A stretch of DNA of 64,000 bases from Nitrospinales bacterium (GTDB lineage Bacteria > Nitrospinota > Nitrospinia > Nitrospinales > VA-1). The stretch's first letter is position 1. Each line of letters opens with the position of its first letter. The DNA lies in the NCBI GenBank assembly GCA_965223795.1, contig CBDCXL010000001.1:288001-352000 (forward strand), in the 5' to 3' direction. Both the position numbers and the translations under genes were made by a program. Of this stretch, positions 1-10,133 are shown piece after piece. The notes under the pieces are model-generated. The model was not told where the DNA came from, ran no database searches, and saw only the letters and a list, made by a program, of their open reading frames with translations.

Positions 1-104
1 CCAATGACTGAGATTGGGGCAGAACTAATTTTACAGGATATTTCTGTTTCGGCAAGCCTAAACTAAAACTTTAGAGTTTTTTTGATTTTTTTTGAGCGGC
101 CGCC

Positions 105-608
105 TCACTTTTTTGTCAAGTATTGAAAAAACAGTAACTTGAAAGTGGAGGTGAAGGGGTGGCTGTTTGCGGCCAGCGCGGTGTGGATTTCATCCGGATG
201 CCAATAGCGGCCCTCGCTGATTTCCCCTGGATCGAGGGTGAGGGTCTGGGTGGTGGTGCAGGTGTAGGCGGTCACGTGCTCGCCGAAGGTGTCCGCGCAG
301 GCGGCGATCCGGGTGAACGGCGTCAGCGGTTCGACGATGCCCAGCTCTTCGGACAGCTCGCGCTGCGCCGCGGTGAGGTAGTCTTCTCCCGCATTGACGT
401 GCCCCGCCGAAGAGGAATCCCAGTAACCGGGGTTTTCGTCCTTGGTTTCGGCGCGTTTCTGCAAAAACAGGTTGCCGCCGGGATCGAAGACGAAGGTGTG
501 CACCGAACGGTGCAGCAGCGATTTTTCGTGGATTTCCCGGCGTGTGGCCTGTCCGATGACGCGGTCCTCGGCGTCGACCACATCGTAAATTTCATCCTGC
601 GTACTCAT
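105..608 (-). CDS. NUDIX hydrolase, IPP-isomerase (Idi/YfcD)-like
   Basis: HRSVHTFVF, LQKR and Nudix box GHVNAGEDYLTAAQRELSEELG; start moved to MSTQ at 608. Confidence 0.85.
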   Translation of the reverse strand: MSTQDEIYDVVDAEDRVIGQATRREIHEKSLLHRSVHTFVFDPGGNLFLQKRAETKDENPGYWDSSSAGHVNAGEDYLTAAQRELSEELGIVEPLTPFTRIAACADTFGEHVTAYTCTTTQTLTLDPGEISEGRYWHPDEIHTALAANSHPFTSTFKLLFFQYLTKK

Positions 609-755
609 GCGGCTCCTCGCCGGAGGGGTACTGGCGTTGTAAGGAGTGTCCGGGATCGACTGGAATGGCAGCGGTGGCTTCACCGCTGCGCAAGCGCGCG
701 TCCCGCTCCGGTGTCATCAGGATAGCATGGATTCCGCTCAGGAAACGCCGGTGCG

Positions 756-1040
756 TTATTTATAGCGGTTGGTGTCGGCGATGCGGACGCTGTAGAGCCA
801 GTAAGGCCAGTCGTATTCTGAGGGAAACAGCCTGGGAACCAGGGGCGTGTTTTCCTCCGGGCTCAGCGCTGCATCGAACGGGGTCCGTGGCGTGACGGCG
901 GAGGCCAGCCATTCCGCGTTGCCGGGTCCTTTGTAGAAACCGTTGTCCCAGGCAGGGGCTGTGGCATTCGAAGGGTGTGCCGCCTGATGCAGTGAGCAGG
1001 CAGAAAGGGCAAGCAGGAAAAAAGGCGCAATCCAACGCAT
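756..1040 (-). CDS. small putative lipoprotein
   Basis: signal peptide with lipobox LSAC; GGAGG-type RBS upstream. Confidence 0.55.
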   Translation of the reverse strand: MRWIAPFFLLALSACSLHQAAHPSNATAPAWDNGFYKGPGNAEWLASAVTPRTPFDAALSPEENTPLVPRLFPSEYDWPYWLYSVRIADTNRYK

Positions 1041-1230
1041 GATGCCATCCTCCAGTAAAAACGCCTCCTTAACACTCCGGCCCTCCAGGGTAAGCCATCA
1101 GTGTACTACGGCCGTACCCGCCGGACAAATGCTAAATACTGTGATTTAAAGCACTTCCGAGTGCGGAACGGTGTTTGTTTTCAGTCCTTACAGGCAGGGT
1201 GAGCAGGCATGCAGGGTTGGTTTTGCCGGT

Positions 1231-1707
1231 TCAGATTCCCGGCTGTTTGAAACGGAATCCCTTCGGGGCTTGCGGGCGTTCGTACTCGTAGCCATTGAGG
1301 AAGAGCTTGACCGGCTTGTCGAGTCCCGGATACGTCACTTCAAAGATATCCAGCAGGCCGATCGCCTGTTCCCCGCCGGAAAAATTGCCCACGTCCGGGT
1401 TGGACGTTTTGAAGGGACAGCAGGCCCGGTCGCGCTTGAAAACCAGTTTTTGCCCTTTCGGGCCGGTCAGCATTTTCAGGTACAGGTATTCGTTGCGCGC
1501 TCCCACGCTGCCGTAGCCGCCGACCTTGATTGGATTGTCGATGGTGTATCCATAGGTCGGGTCGTCGGACACCTGCTTGAGGTCGACGACGAAGCGGCCC
1601 CGCTCCTCAGGCTGCGAAGATGCGGGCAGCGTCGTTCCCAGCCCGAGCAGCAGCGACACGACGATCAGCGCGGTTTTTTTAAGGCATTTCCGGTTTCTGA
1701 ATTGCAC
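1231..1707 (-). CDS. secreted hypothetical protein
   Basis: signal-like N-terminus; globular region YGYTIDNPIKVGG...ACCPF...GLLD...APKGF; start uncertain (GTG 1707). Confidence 0.65.
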   Translation of the reverse strand: MQFRNRKCLKKTALIVVSLLLGLGTTLPASSQPEERGRFVVDLKQVSDDPTYGYTIDNPIKVGGYGSVGARNEYLYLKMLTGPKGQKLVFKRDRACCPFKTSNPDVGNFSGGEQAIGLLDIFEVTYPGLDKPVKLFLNGYEYERPQAPKGFRFKQPGI

Positions 1708-1922
1708 GAGGCGGTCCTCATTGGAAGGGCACTTTCGCGCAATAGAAAGCAACCGGCATGCCAAAAACCGGACCTTATAAAACGGCGTGTTAGCTGCGGG
1801 GTTTCAGGCAGAGGGGGACGCGGCGTATGACGGATCAGACGCGGTGGACACTTTTGCGCTATTCGGTGCGGGGCGCGTCATCGGCACGCGGGGCAAGGCG
1901 CGGTTTTTCACCGCCCCTGCGT

Positions 1923-3131
1923 TCACTGGCAGATGTCGTTGGCGGTGACGAAATAGCGGGTGTCGTTGAGGTAGGTTTTCGTCCCCTGGTTGCTCAGATG
2001 AAAGGTGTGGCTGTTGCCGTCGTTGAATGCGAAGTGAATCGCCGGCTGGCCGCCCTGCGACTGGATGGCCCAGGTGCCCGCGCCGCCGGCGCGGCTGTGC
2101 GAGGAACCGAACCCGGCGTCGATGTCGAAGCTCATGGAATCGCTGCCGCGGTAGGCGAAGCTGCCGTCGCTGCACAGCGCGTACACGATCTTCGTGCTGC
2201 CGCCGCCCTGGTAATCGCCGAAGGTGGACATGTAGGTCATCTTCATGCCTCGCAGTTTGCGGTCCCACTGGCGCACCAGCGGCGAGACCGACGGCGCGAA
2301 CAGCCGGACGTCCGCGATCATCGCGCGCGCGTGCGGTTCGAGTTTGGACCACTCCTTGTGACTCGTGAGGGCGGTCACGACCAGGCCCTGCCCTTCTGTG
2401 CCGGTGAAGCCCGCGAGCAGGCCCCGCACCTGGGCTCCGTCCAGGAATCCGGTGACCGGAACCGCCCTGCCGCTGCCCCCGGCGGTTTTCAGTGTTTCCG
2501 GCTGGCCGGAGGGAATGAGCTGCACGCCTTCCTCCTGATAGCCCGAGCGCATGCCCTCTTCCACTTTCGCGGCGGTGAGGCCCGGATGCGGTTTGACGAG
2601 CACCAGTCCCGGCGTGGTTTTGGAGCCGAGCAGGTAAATGCCGGAGCGGTTCTGCACCTGGAAAAAGCCGCCCGCAAGCGGCAGGGAAAACCCGTCCTCC
2701 TTTTTGCTGAAACGGCTGCCGCCGCTTTGCGCAGCCGCGGGCTCAGGGGCCGCCGGTGCCGGCTTGGGCTCGGCCAGCGGACCGGGCGGGCTCGCGGGGC
2801 GTGCCGCCTGTTTCTTCAGCGAATAGATCGCGCCGCCGGTCATCAGGACGAGCAGGTCTCCATCCAGGGCGGCCTGAAAGGGATAGTTCATGCCCGCGTC
2901 CCGGTAATTGCCGATCAGGTTCTGCGGCGTTCCCTGTGCGGTGAGCGGATACGCGGCGCCGTTCAGGGTGGCCGTGCCGGTGTAGGCGCCCTGTCCTCCT
3001 TCCAGCTTGAGCGTCAACCGGCCGTCGCTGAACGTTCCGGCCAACGGATCGGCGGAAGCGCTGGCGAACGGCAGCAGCGTGACGAGCAGGAGCAGGAACA
3101 CCCATTGGATTCGGATAGAAAATTTTTTCAT
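1923..3131 (-). CDS. secreted multidomain hypothetical protein
   Basis: signal peptide ending ASA-D, Pro/Ala linker, beta-rich domains. Confidence 0.7.
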   Translation of the reverse strand: MKKFSIRIQWVFLLLLVTLLPFASASADPLAGTFSDGRLTLKLEGGQGAYTGTATLNGAAYPLTAQGTPQNLIGNYRDAGMNYPFQAALDGDLLVLMTGGAIYSLKKQAARPASPPGPLAEPKPAPAAPEPAAAQSGGSRFSKKEDGFSLPLAGGFFQVQNRSGIYLLGSKTTPGLVLVKPHPGLTAAKVEEGMRSGYQEEGVQLIPSGQPETLKTAGGSGRAVPVTGFLDGAQVRGLLAGFTGTEGQGLVVTALTSHKEWSKLEPHARAMIADVRLFAPSVSPLVRQWDRKLRGMKMTYMSTFGDYQGGGSTKIVYALCSDGSFAYRGSDSMSFDIDAGFGSSHSRAGGAGTWAIQSQGGQPAIHFAFNDGNSHTFHLSNQGTKTYLNDTRYFVTANDICQ

Positions 3132-3309
3132 AAACCGTTCTTTCAGAAATTTCTGTGGACGGCGCCGCCAGCTCTTCAGAAGGACGACAGGGCTCGGCCA
3201 GACGCGGGAAGTGTCGATTTCAGGGGGCTTTCTGAAAGTGTAGCAAAAGCGCGGGCGAGGCAGAAAGGAAAACGGTGGGTGTGTTTGTGATCCGGGCCGC
3301 GGGATGCGG

Positions 3310-4644
3310 TCAGGCGGTGTCTCTCAGCTCGCGCAAGTAGCTGAGTTTTTTCGGGATGACGCCGTCTTCGCAATAATTGTGTTTGGCGAGGATCTTGACG
3401 TGTTCGAGCACGCGTTTGCTGCCTTCGAAGTACACGGTCTGGTAGCCTTTGTCGGCGACGGCGCCGCCGGCCTGCAACAGGCTCATGACCGATTTGGCGT
3501 TGTACTTCTCGTCGTCGACGATCAGGAACAGATCTTCACCGTGCTGGCGGGCGATCAGGGAAATATAGGTGGACGGACGCGCGTGGAATCCGAGCGGCTT
3601 GGGGATGGGCAGTTCGACGCGCGCGGTCTTCACGAACTTGGCGGCGATTTCGTCGGCCAGTTCGTTGGCTTTGCGGATGAAGTGCAGGCTGTAGTAGAAG
3701 CAGAAATTGACCGTAGTGCCCAGGAGGATGGATTTGTCCACCATTTCGGTGATCCTCTGCTTGCACTCGCCGCCGCGGATGTCGTCTTCGTGCCGTTCGT
3801 AGAAATGGCACAGCCAGAGGACGCCTTCCAGCAGGTGCAGGGTCATGGAGATGTAGCCGCGCAGGTTCTTGATGACGTTGTTTTCCTGCTCGATGCGCGT
3901 GTTCTTGACGTAAGTGTCGTAATCGGACTGGACGCTGTGCACCAGCTCCTTGAATCCGCGCGCGCGCTTTTCGTCGATGCGCGAAGGGATCAGCTTCTTG
4001 AGTTCCTTGAGGTCCTCGGTGGTGTGGACCTTCACCTTTTCCATCATGCGGCAGACTTTCTGGATCTTGTCGCACAGATCGGTGATCCGCTCTTCCTCGT
4101 TCTTGACTTCGTCTTCGGAAATGTTGCGCGGCAGCCTGCGGTTGGCTTCGATGTCGGCGAACTCGTGCGCCGAGACCGCTTCCTCGTTGAAGGCCAGTCC
4201 GTTGGTCTTGCCGGCGACGATGACCTGCTGGTACAGGTTGAGGATCGACCGGTTGAGAAACTTGAGCGACTTCTGCGATTCGGTGAGGAAGCGCTGCTGC
4301 TCCTCCTCGGTTTCCCGCAGGTTGTAATAGGGATAACGGTCGAGCAGATGCTTGATGAAAAACGCCGTGATGCCCAGGTTGCGGATGCAGGCGACGTATT
4401 CGGTGAAAAAGGACCATTGCCTGTTTTCGCGGGCGCCGTACTCGTCGAGAAAGCTTTCCAGGAATTCCGCCTCCTGGATGAGGTTGGAATAGAACTTGCG
4501 GGAAATCTCCTTGCCCTTTTTCAGCCGGAACGCGAAGGAGTTGTAGATGCGGAAAAAGAACGCCGAAGGCTCCTGCACCAGCGGCAGAAACTCGTCCTCG
4601 CTCACGATCTGTATCAGGGATTTGGGTTCCACGGTGCGCTCCAC
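3310..4644 (-). CDS. large protein with C-terminal HPr (PTS phosphocarrier) domain
   Basis: GFHARPS (His15-like) and NAKSVMSL (Ser46-like) motifs near the C-terminus; start uncertain (4644-4677). Confidence 0.8.
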   Translation of the reverse strand: MERTVEPKSLIQIVSEDEFLPLVQEPSAFFFRIYNSFAFRLKKGKEISRKFYSNLIQEAEFLESFLDEYGARENRQWSFFTEYVACIRNLGITAFFIKHLLDRYPYYNLRETEEEQQRFLTESQKSLKFLNRSILNLYQQVIVAGKTNGLAFNEEAVSAHEFADIEANRRLPRNISEDEVKNEEERITDLCDKIQKVCRMMEKVKVHTTEDLKELKKLIPSRIDEKRARGFKELVHSVQSDYDTYVKNTRIEQENNVIKNLRGYISMTLHLLEGVLWLCHFYERHEDDIRGGECKQRITEMVDKSILLGTTVNFCFYYSLHFIRKANELADEIAAKFVKTARVELPIPKPLGFHARPSTYISLIARQHGEDLFLIVDDEKYNAKSVMSLLQAGGAVADKGYQTVYFEGSKRVLEHVKILAKHNYCEDGVIPKKLSYLRELRDTA

Positions 4645-4749
4645 AATGAGCCCCTGAAAACCGGGGGCGTCCGGCACTGCCTGTACTTTCAGTTTAGCAC
4701 TATTTGCGCGGGGATTGCACGCGATCCGCGGCGGCGGGCCGGGGGCCGG

Positions 4750-5292
4750 TCAGCAGCCCAGAGACGGGGCGAACGTCTTGGCGGGCAGATATTTGCGCCA
4801 GATCGTGACGTGCGACTGCGGGCCGGCCGGCACGCAGAACTGGGTGAACAGGAAATCCGGCTGGGACGGTTTTTTGACCAGCCGCATGCCGATCTCCGCG
4901 AGGGTGTGGCTGCCCTTTTTCAGATTGCACGGCTTGCAGGCCACCACGACGTTGTGCCAGTTGGTCTTGCCGCCGCGCGACTTGGGCCGCACGTGGTCCA
5001 CGGTGAGTGTGCGGCCGGAGTGGCCGCAGTACTGGCAGGTGTAGTTGTCCCTTCTGAGTATGTTCTTCTTGCTGAAGGCGACGCCGCGGCGGCGGTTGCG
5101 CTTGACCACTTTGAGGGTGCGGATGACCGCAGGAAGCTGGAACGAGGTGGAGGGCGAACGCACGACGTGGCCGTTGGCCTCGATGTTCTCGGCGCGGCCG
5201 CTCAAAACCATGACGATGGCCCGTTTGGCCGAACAGAACTGCAGCGGCTCGTAGGTGTGGTTGAGCACCAGAATTTTGATCGAATCGAGCAT
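4750..5292 (-). CDS. HNH endonuclease (McrA-like family)
   Basis: LVLNHTYEPL, RDNYTCQYCG, TVDHVRPKSRGG, NVVVACKPCNLKKG. Confidence 0.92.
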   Translation of the reverse strand: MLDSIKILVLNHTYEPLQFCSAKRAIVMVLSGRAENIEANGHVVRSPSTSFQLPAVIRTLKVVKRNRRRGVAFSKKNILRRDNYTCQYCGHSGRTLTVDHVRPKSRGGKTNWHNVVVACKPCNLKKGSHTLAEIGMRLVKKPSQPDFLFTQFCVPAGPQSHVTIWRKYLPAKTFAPSLGC

Positions 5293-5458
5293 GAAGCTCT
5301 CCCCGAATTGGGTTAAACTCCCCCAATAGTTAATCTTGGTGAGTTTACAATCTGCTTTGCAAAACTGTCAACACCTTAAGCGTTTCCGGTGAGGGCGGCG
5401 TTTGCGGCGGATGGGAGCTTAGCGAGAACAAAATGTTATGCGGTGCTGTGCGGTGCGC

Positions 5459-6880
5459 TCAAAGAATGTTGCCGCTGCCAAGAAGCCGGTCCGGATCGAG
5501 GGCGGATTTGATCTTTTTGAGGTCCTCAAGGCCCTGCTCGCCCACCATCTGAGCGAAGTACGGTTTTTTCAGCTTGCCGATGCCGTGTTCGGCGGACACG
5601 GTGCCGTTCCACTTTAAAATCTGATCGACCAGGATGCCGTAGGTGGACTTCGCCTTGTCCATTTCGTCTTTGGCGGGCAGCAGGTTGATGTGCAGGTGGT
5701 TGTCGCCGAGATGGCCGAACACGACGTGGTGCAGCCCGCTGTCTGCAAGCGCCTGCCGGTAAAACCGCATCATGTCGAGGAAATGCGCGTCGGGCACGGC
5801 CATGTCCGTCCCCACCTTGACGCGGCCCACGCGGCTGTTCTCCTCGTTCACCAGCACCGGAATGTCGTGGCGGAAATCGTGAAACCGTTTGAGGTCCTTC
5901 GGCGTCTGGGCGAACCAGGATTCGTCCAGCAGCAGGGGTTGTTCGCTCAGAAACTCATACCAGGCTTCGAGAAGATCGCCGCTTTGCGCCGCATCCGCCA
6001 CGTCCTGCTCGAAAAACAGCGCCGCCTTCGCCGCATCGGGAATGCGTTCGTGCTTGCCGCGCAGCTTTTTGAGTGAGTTTTCGTCGAAATATTCCAGCGA
6101 GCAGGGCGAGAGCGGCGAATCGTCCGGCAGGGAACGGATGCGTTCCACCAGCCGCCAGCTATTCTCTTCCTGCTCGAAAAACAGAACGCCGCTGATGAAT
6201 TCCGCGGGCCGCGGCAGCAGTTTGAGTTTCAGGCGGGTGAAGATGCCGAGCGTGCCGTCGGAGCCGATGAACAGATCGAGCCAGTCCATGTCCGGCCGGA
6301 TGTGGTAACCGGCGGCGTTTTTGCAGTCGGGACTGGTGTAGCTGATTTGCGGAAACGCGATCGTGCTGCCGTCATCCAGTGCCAGCGGCGATGCGACCGG
6401 CTGCCCTCGCTTGAGCGCCGCCTTGCGCCCGTCCGCCAGCAGCACGTCCGCTTCCACAATGTAATCGCGCGTGACGCCGTACTTGTAGCTGCGCGCACCG
6501 GATGCGTTGGTGGCGGCGGTGCCTCCCAGAGATGCCAGCGTCTCGGTGGGGTTGGGCGGATAGAACCACTCCGTCGCGCGCAGTTCCTCCTGCAGGCGGG
6601 CCAGCGTGACGGCGGGGCCCGCCTCGATGGTTCCGTTCGCGATGTCGCCGAGGGTGTCGAAGCGTTCCAGGGAAACGATCACGCCTTCATGCGGGATGCG
6701 CGAGGCGGTCAGTCCCGTGCCGGCGCCGGCGATGTGCAGCGGCCGGTCGTTGGCCTTGAGAAATTCCCGCAGTTCGGCTTCGTTTTCCGGGATCACCACT
6801 TCCTCGGCGCTGCCGCCGGAATAATTGGAAGCGTCCTTCAAGTAAGGAAGGATGGCCTGCGGGTCCTGTTTGCGAATCAT
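5459..6880 (-). CDS. FAD-binding oxidoreductase, GlcD/D-lactate dehydrogenase family
   Basis: GAGTGL, SLGGTAATNASG, FIGSDGTLGI, GHLGDNHLH, SAEHGIGKLK. Confidence 0.88.
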   Translation of the reverse strand: MIRKQDPQAILPYLKDASNYSGGSAEEVVIPENEAELREFLKANDRPLHIAGAGTGLTASRIPHEGVIVSLERFDTLGDIANGTIEAGPAVTLARLQEELRATEWFYPPNPTETLASLGGTAATNASGARSYKYGVTRDYIVEADVLLADGRKAALKRGQPVASPLALDDGSTIAFPQISYTSPDCKNAAGYHIRPDMDWLDLFIGSDGTLGIFTRLKLKLLPRPAEFISGVLFFEQEENSWRLVERIRSLPDDSPLSPCSLEYFDENSLKKLRGKHERIPDAAKAALFFEQDVADAAQSGDLLEAWYEFLSEQPLLLDESWFAQTPKDLKRFHDFRHDIPVLVNEENSRVGRVKVGTDMAVPDAHFLDMMRFYRQALADSGLHHVVFGHLGDNHLHINLLPAKDEMDKAKSTYGILVDQILKWNGTVSAEHGIGKLKKPYFAQMVGEQGLEDLKKIKSALDPDRLLGSGNIL

Positions 6881-6899
6881 GATACGAGCGTGATCTCTG

Positions 6900-7026
6900 A
6901 ATATCTTTGCATCAGTCTATAATCTGTCATGCTGAGCCTGTCGAAGCATGATTCCCTGCACCCTTCGACAAGCTCAGGGTGACAATAAGTCCCTTTATCC
7001 GTAAAGCTGAATTATGCGAAGTTCTC
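6900..7026. mobile_element. MITE-like repeat, copy 1 (degenerate TIRs, internal hairpin 6925-6984)
   Basis: each end matches the copy-3 17-mer GAGATCTTTGCATAAGT at 14/17; core TGTCATGCTGAGCCTGTCGAAG...CTTCGACAAGCTCAGGGTGACA. Confidence 0.75.
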
Positions 7027-7048
7027 CCAGGGAAGGGAAAGTATAAAT

Positions 7049-7648
7049 TCAGCGGCGGGTCGATTCCATCAGGCCGTCCGCCTGCGGAGGCAGGAATCCC
7101 TGGTAGCCGTTGTGGCGTTCGATGAGTTCCAGCACGGAGAAGACGGCGCCGTTGCGGGTTTCGGGCTTGGTGAAGATCTGCCGCAAATCCGACCCGGCTT
7201 CGCCCACGATGCTGCCGGTGAACTCGATGCCCTGCCCTGTCATCGTGTCGATGGCGGTGTCGATGTCTTCCACCAGAACGGCGATGTGGTGAAAACATCG
7301 ATCGCCGTGTGCGTCCACCCAGCCGGGGATGAGGCTGTCCCTGCCCCGCTCGCCGGCGAACGCCTGGTCGATGAACAGCGAAGGGAAACCGGCCTTGCGG
7401 TACACCTTCGCCCACCATTTGTCGAATTCCAGCACACCTATGTTTTCGTCGTACTCGAAGCCCAGCGCCAGCGCTTCCTGAGCGCGTGCGTCCACATCGT
7501 GCGTGCGGATCGTGCAATGATCGACCAGCGGCATCAGGCCGACGCCGCTGGCGCGAAGCGTTCCGGCGAGACGGCGCGCGGCGGCGTTGCCCTCAAGAAA
7601 ACGCTCGATGTAGTCTGAAAAAAAACGGTCGGTGGCGGAATCGGTCAT
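7049..7648 (-). CDS. VOC/glyoxalase-family protein (HPPD C-domain-like)
   Basis: VDHCTIR, FHHIAVLVEDI, LRQIFT, ELIERH...GF. Confidence 0.75.
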   Translation of the reverse strand: MTDSATDRFFSDYIERFLEGNAAARRLAGTLRASGVGLMPLVDHCTIRTHDVDARAQEALALGFEYDENIGVLEFDKWWAKVYRKAGFPSLFIDQAFAGERGRDSLIPGWVDAHGDRCFHHIAVLVEDIDTAIDTMTGQGIEFTGSIVGEAGSDLRQIFTKPETRNGAVFSVLELIERHNGYQGFLPPQADGLMESTRR

Positions 7649-7676
7649 GGCCGGGTTCTTTCAAATCTTCAACAAC

Positions 7677-7847
7677 TCATTCTTTCGGATTTTCGTTCTC
7701 GAGGCTCTGCTTTTGCGCTTCTTCCTGTCTGCGTATCTGTTCGAGACGCTCCTTGGGCTGCTGATGGATGAACTTCGCGTATTTCGGCAGCAGGATCAGC
7801 ATGATGACCGCAAACGCAATCGCCAGGAACATAAAAACGGTTTCCAC
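7677..7847 (-). CDS. small single-TM protein
   Basis: AAGGAG RBS, GTG start, hydrophobic helix then charged tail. Confidence 0.6.
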   Translation of the reverse strand: METVFMFLAIAFAVIMLILLPKYAKFIHQQPKERLEQIRRQEEAQKQSLENENPKE

Positions 7848-8141
7848 AAATTCTCCTTTCTGTTTGCCGGTGAACGTTCCAGCTTGCATTATAGTAACAT
7901 TTCATCCGGATTCGGAGGGGCAAAACCGCTGGCAGTCAGAAAGGCCCGCGGCGGCCGCGGAAAATACATGAAGTGCGCTTTTACAGGCTGTTTCACCGGG
8001 GCAGAATGCCGTGCCGCCCGTTCAGGCAAACGGGTTCCGGATGCAGGACGTGCCTGTTGAACGAGCGGCCTGAAGGGTCTCTTGTGTCTGTCGGATCAAT
8101 GTGTTATAGAGTTTCGAGTCCATCTTGTTCCCCGTGAGGTT

Positions 8142-8354
8142 ATGAACCGGTTCCTGAATGACATCCTGATCGTGTGCGCGGCCGTGGCGTTTTTCTATTC
8201 CACAGGCTGTGCCGGGGAAGATCCCTATGTGCGGCTGAAACAGACGGAACGGGATTACCGGGAATGCCTCGAACGGCACCAGGGCGATGAAAAGGTGTGC
8301 ACCGCCGCCAAGAGCATTTATGAAACCGAACAGGAACGCTACCGCAGTCGTTGA
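8142..8354 (+). CDS. small putative lipoprotein
   Basis: GAGG RBS, STGC lipobox-like site, Cys pair in a helical hairpin. Confidence 0.6.
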   Translation: MNRFLNDILIVCAAVAFFYSTGCAGEDPYVRLKQTERDYRECLERHQGDEKVCTAAKSIYETEQERYRSR

Positions 8355-8391
8355 CCATCCCGCCTGAATCGCGTTTCACTCCTTTTCGTTC

Positions 8392-9060
8392 TCACTCTTC
8401 CTGCTGAATTTTATTTTTTAAAGATTCCTTTGCCAGGGTTTCCGCTTCCTCAAACCGGTTCTGCTCAAGGAGCACGTTGACGGCTTCGTCTTCAAGCAGG
8501 CTTTTGAGGAAACGCTTGCGCGCATCGGGAGTCGGGAGCTGCTGCTTGGCCAGCTTGCGCATCCTGCCCTGCAGTTTGATCTTCAGGATGTCGGTGGCGG
8601 AAATGCGCTCGTTGAGCACCGCTTCGGTCTGCTCGCGGATTTTCCGCGCCATGAGCGGGCTTTTGCCGCCGGTGGACACGGCGACCTGAACGGTGTCTTT
8701 GATATTGATGACGGAGGGGTGGCTGAAGTCGCTGGTGTCCGGATCGTCGGCGGCGTAGGCGTAACAACGCAATCGTTTGGCGGCCTCGACGATCGCCCGG
8801 TTGAGTTCTTTGTCGTCGGTGACGGCGAGGACCAGGATCAGCCGGTCGTACTGCTCGAGAAATCCGCCGTCCGCCACGTCCTCGCGCACCAGAAAGAGCT
8901 TTCCTTCTTCCGCCCGCCGTGCGATGCTTTCGGAAACGGTTCCGGCATGCACCCGGATCTCGCAGTCCTGCGTCAACAGGGCCTCGACCTTGCGCGCGGC
9001 CTCGCGTCCGCCGCCCACGACGACGACTAGCTTTCCTTTCAGGTTGAGATCGACGATCAT
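8392..9060 (-). CDS. precorrin-2 dehydrogenase/ferrochelatase (SirC/Met8, CysG N-terminal type)
   Basis: VVVVGGGREAARK, DDPDTSDF, AVSTGGKSPLMA. Confidence 0.88.
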   Translation of the reverse strand: MIVDLNLKGKLVVVVGGGREAARKVEALLTQDCEIRVHAGTVSESIARRAEEGKLFLVREDVADGGFLEQYDRLILVLAVTDDKELNRAIVEAAKRLRCYAYAADDPDTSDFSHPSVINIKDTVQVAVSTGGKSPLMARKIREQTEAVLNERISATDILKIKLQGRMRKLAKQQLPTPDARKRFLKSLLEDEAVNVLLEQNRFEEAETLAKESLKNKIQQEE

Positions 9061-9165
9061 ACAGGGGTGTTCTTTTTGAGTATTTGAAATAGAATATCTT
9101 ACATGAGCCGGGATCGGTCTTCAAATCGCCCGATCGCAAGTGAAACCCTCAAAAACAAGGTGTTT

Positions 9166-9930
9166 ATGGCGCGAATTCGGTGGTTTTGCGTGGTGTTGCC
9201 GGTGGCGGTGCTGCTATTGGCGCTGCCCGGCCGGGCTTTCCCCCTGGAGAAGGGCAAGGCGTCCCGGTATTCGCTGTCGGTGGAGCTCAAGCCGTTTTAT
9301 CCCAGCGAGCTCAGGCGCTATGGGCTGAAGACGGCGCATCCGTACCGGTTCGACCTGGAAACGCTCGACCGCTACATGCGGCAGCTGGCCTATCAGAAAA
9401 AACGCCTGTCCTGGACCACGGAAAAGCGCATGTTCCCCAAAGCGCTGCTGCACACAATGGTCGAGCGGATCGCGAAACGGTTCTCCGAGGCGGGGCCGGA
9501 TCAGCGGGTGGTGTTTCAGATCGACGACGCTTCCGGGAAAACCATGCTGCTGGGTGACACGTTTCTGACGAAAACCGGGCTGCACTGGCGGACCACGGTG
9601 CTTCTGGGCAAGCGGCGCGACATCGAGGACTTCAGCGTCGCCGGGGAAACCTGGCGGCTGGTGCCGCGTAAAAATCTGGACTATTTCCGCGCGCGGCGGT
9701 TCGAGGACCTGGAGCAGAACCTGACCAACTGGCTGGTGTTCACCAAGGTCCGTCCGGAGCCTGCGCGCCAGGCCGATTCAGTTTCCGTCCCGGCTCCCGA
9801 ACCTGCGGCGCCGGCGGCTCCGAATAGCGTCGAGCAACGGCTGAAAACGCTGGAGGGACTGAAAAAGGAGGGCCTGGTATCCGACCAGGAATACCGGCGT
9901 CTGCGCGAGTCCATCCTGAGCGGGCTGTGA
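9166..9930 (+). CDS. exported protein with C-terminal SHOCT-like domain
   Basis: signal peptide; C-terminus RLKTLEGLKKEGLVSDQEYRRLRESIL. Confidence 0.75.
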   Translation: MARIRWFCVVLPVAVLLLALPGRAFPLEKGKASRYSLSVELKPFYPSELRRYGLKTAHPYRFDLETLDRYMRQLAYQKKRLSWTTEKRMFPKALLHTMVERIAKRFSEAGPDQRVVFQIDDASGKTMLLGDTFLTKTGLHWRTTVLLGKRRDIEDFSVAGETWRLVPRKNLDYFRARRFEDLEQNLTNWLVFTKVRPEPARQADSVSVPAPEPAAPAAPNSVEQRLKTLEGLKKEGLVSDQEYRRLRESILSGL

Positions 9931-9945
9931 GCGCGGCCGCCCGGC

Positions 9946-9974
9946 TTGACAGGCTTTCGGGAGGGACGTATCCT
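9946..9974 (+). promoter_or_regulatory. putative sigma70 promoter of the MoxR operon
   Basis: TTGACA-N17-TATCCT. Confidence 0.5.
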
Positions 9975-9989
9975 GAATTTTGGTCTTAT

Positions 9990-10117
9990 ATGTGCTTTGC
10001 ATGAGTCCTCTTCATCGTCATGCTGAGCCTGTCGAAGCATTGTTCGGCGCCCTTCGACAAGCTCAGGGTGACATTCGATTCCAGTTTTTAAATAAATCGG
10101 ACTTATGCAAAGACTTT
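9990..10117. mobile_element. MITE-like repeat, copy 2 (internal hairpin 10017-10072)
   Basis: CTTTGCATGAGTCC (9995-10008) and GGACTTATGCAAAG (10099-10112) inverted at 13/14; same core hairpin as copies 1 and 3. Confidence 0.75.
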
Positions 10118-10133
10118 GTGCAAGGAGAGAATT

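Noticed and set aside
1..66. possible 3' end of an AT-rich + strand gene (PMTEIGAELILQDISVSASLN*)
   Set aside because: Too short to support from this window alone.
4750..5292. HNH nuclease (and the EVE protein at 26309-26722) as a defence system
   Set aside because: Both are common stand-alone types, about 21 kb apart, with no methylase or other defence genes adjacent.
3304..5316. long antisense ORFs (also 11047-12933, 40850-41926, 51079-52830, 60727-62634)
   Set aside because: Shadow frames of real genes caused by high GC3; no motifs.
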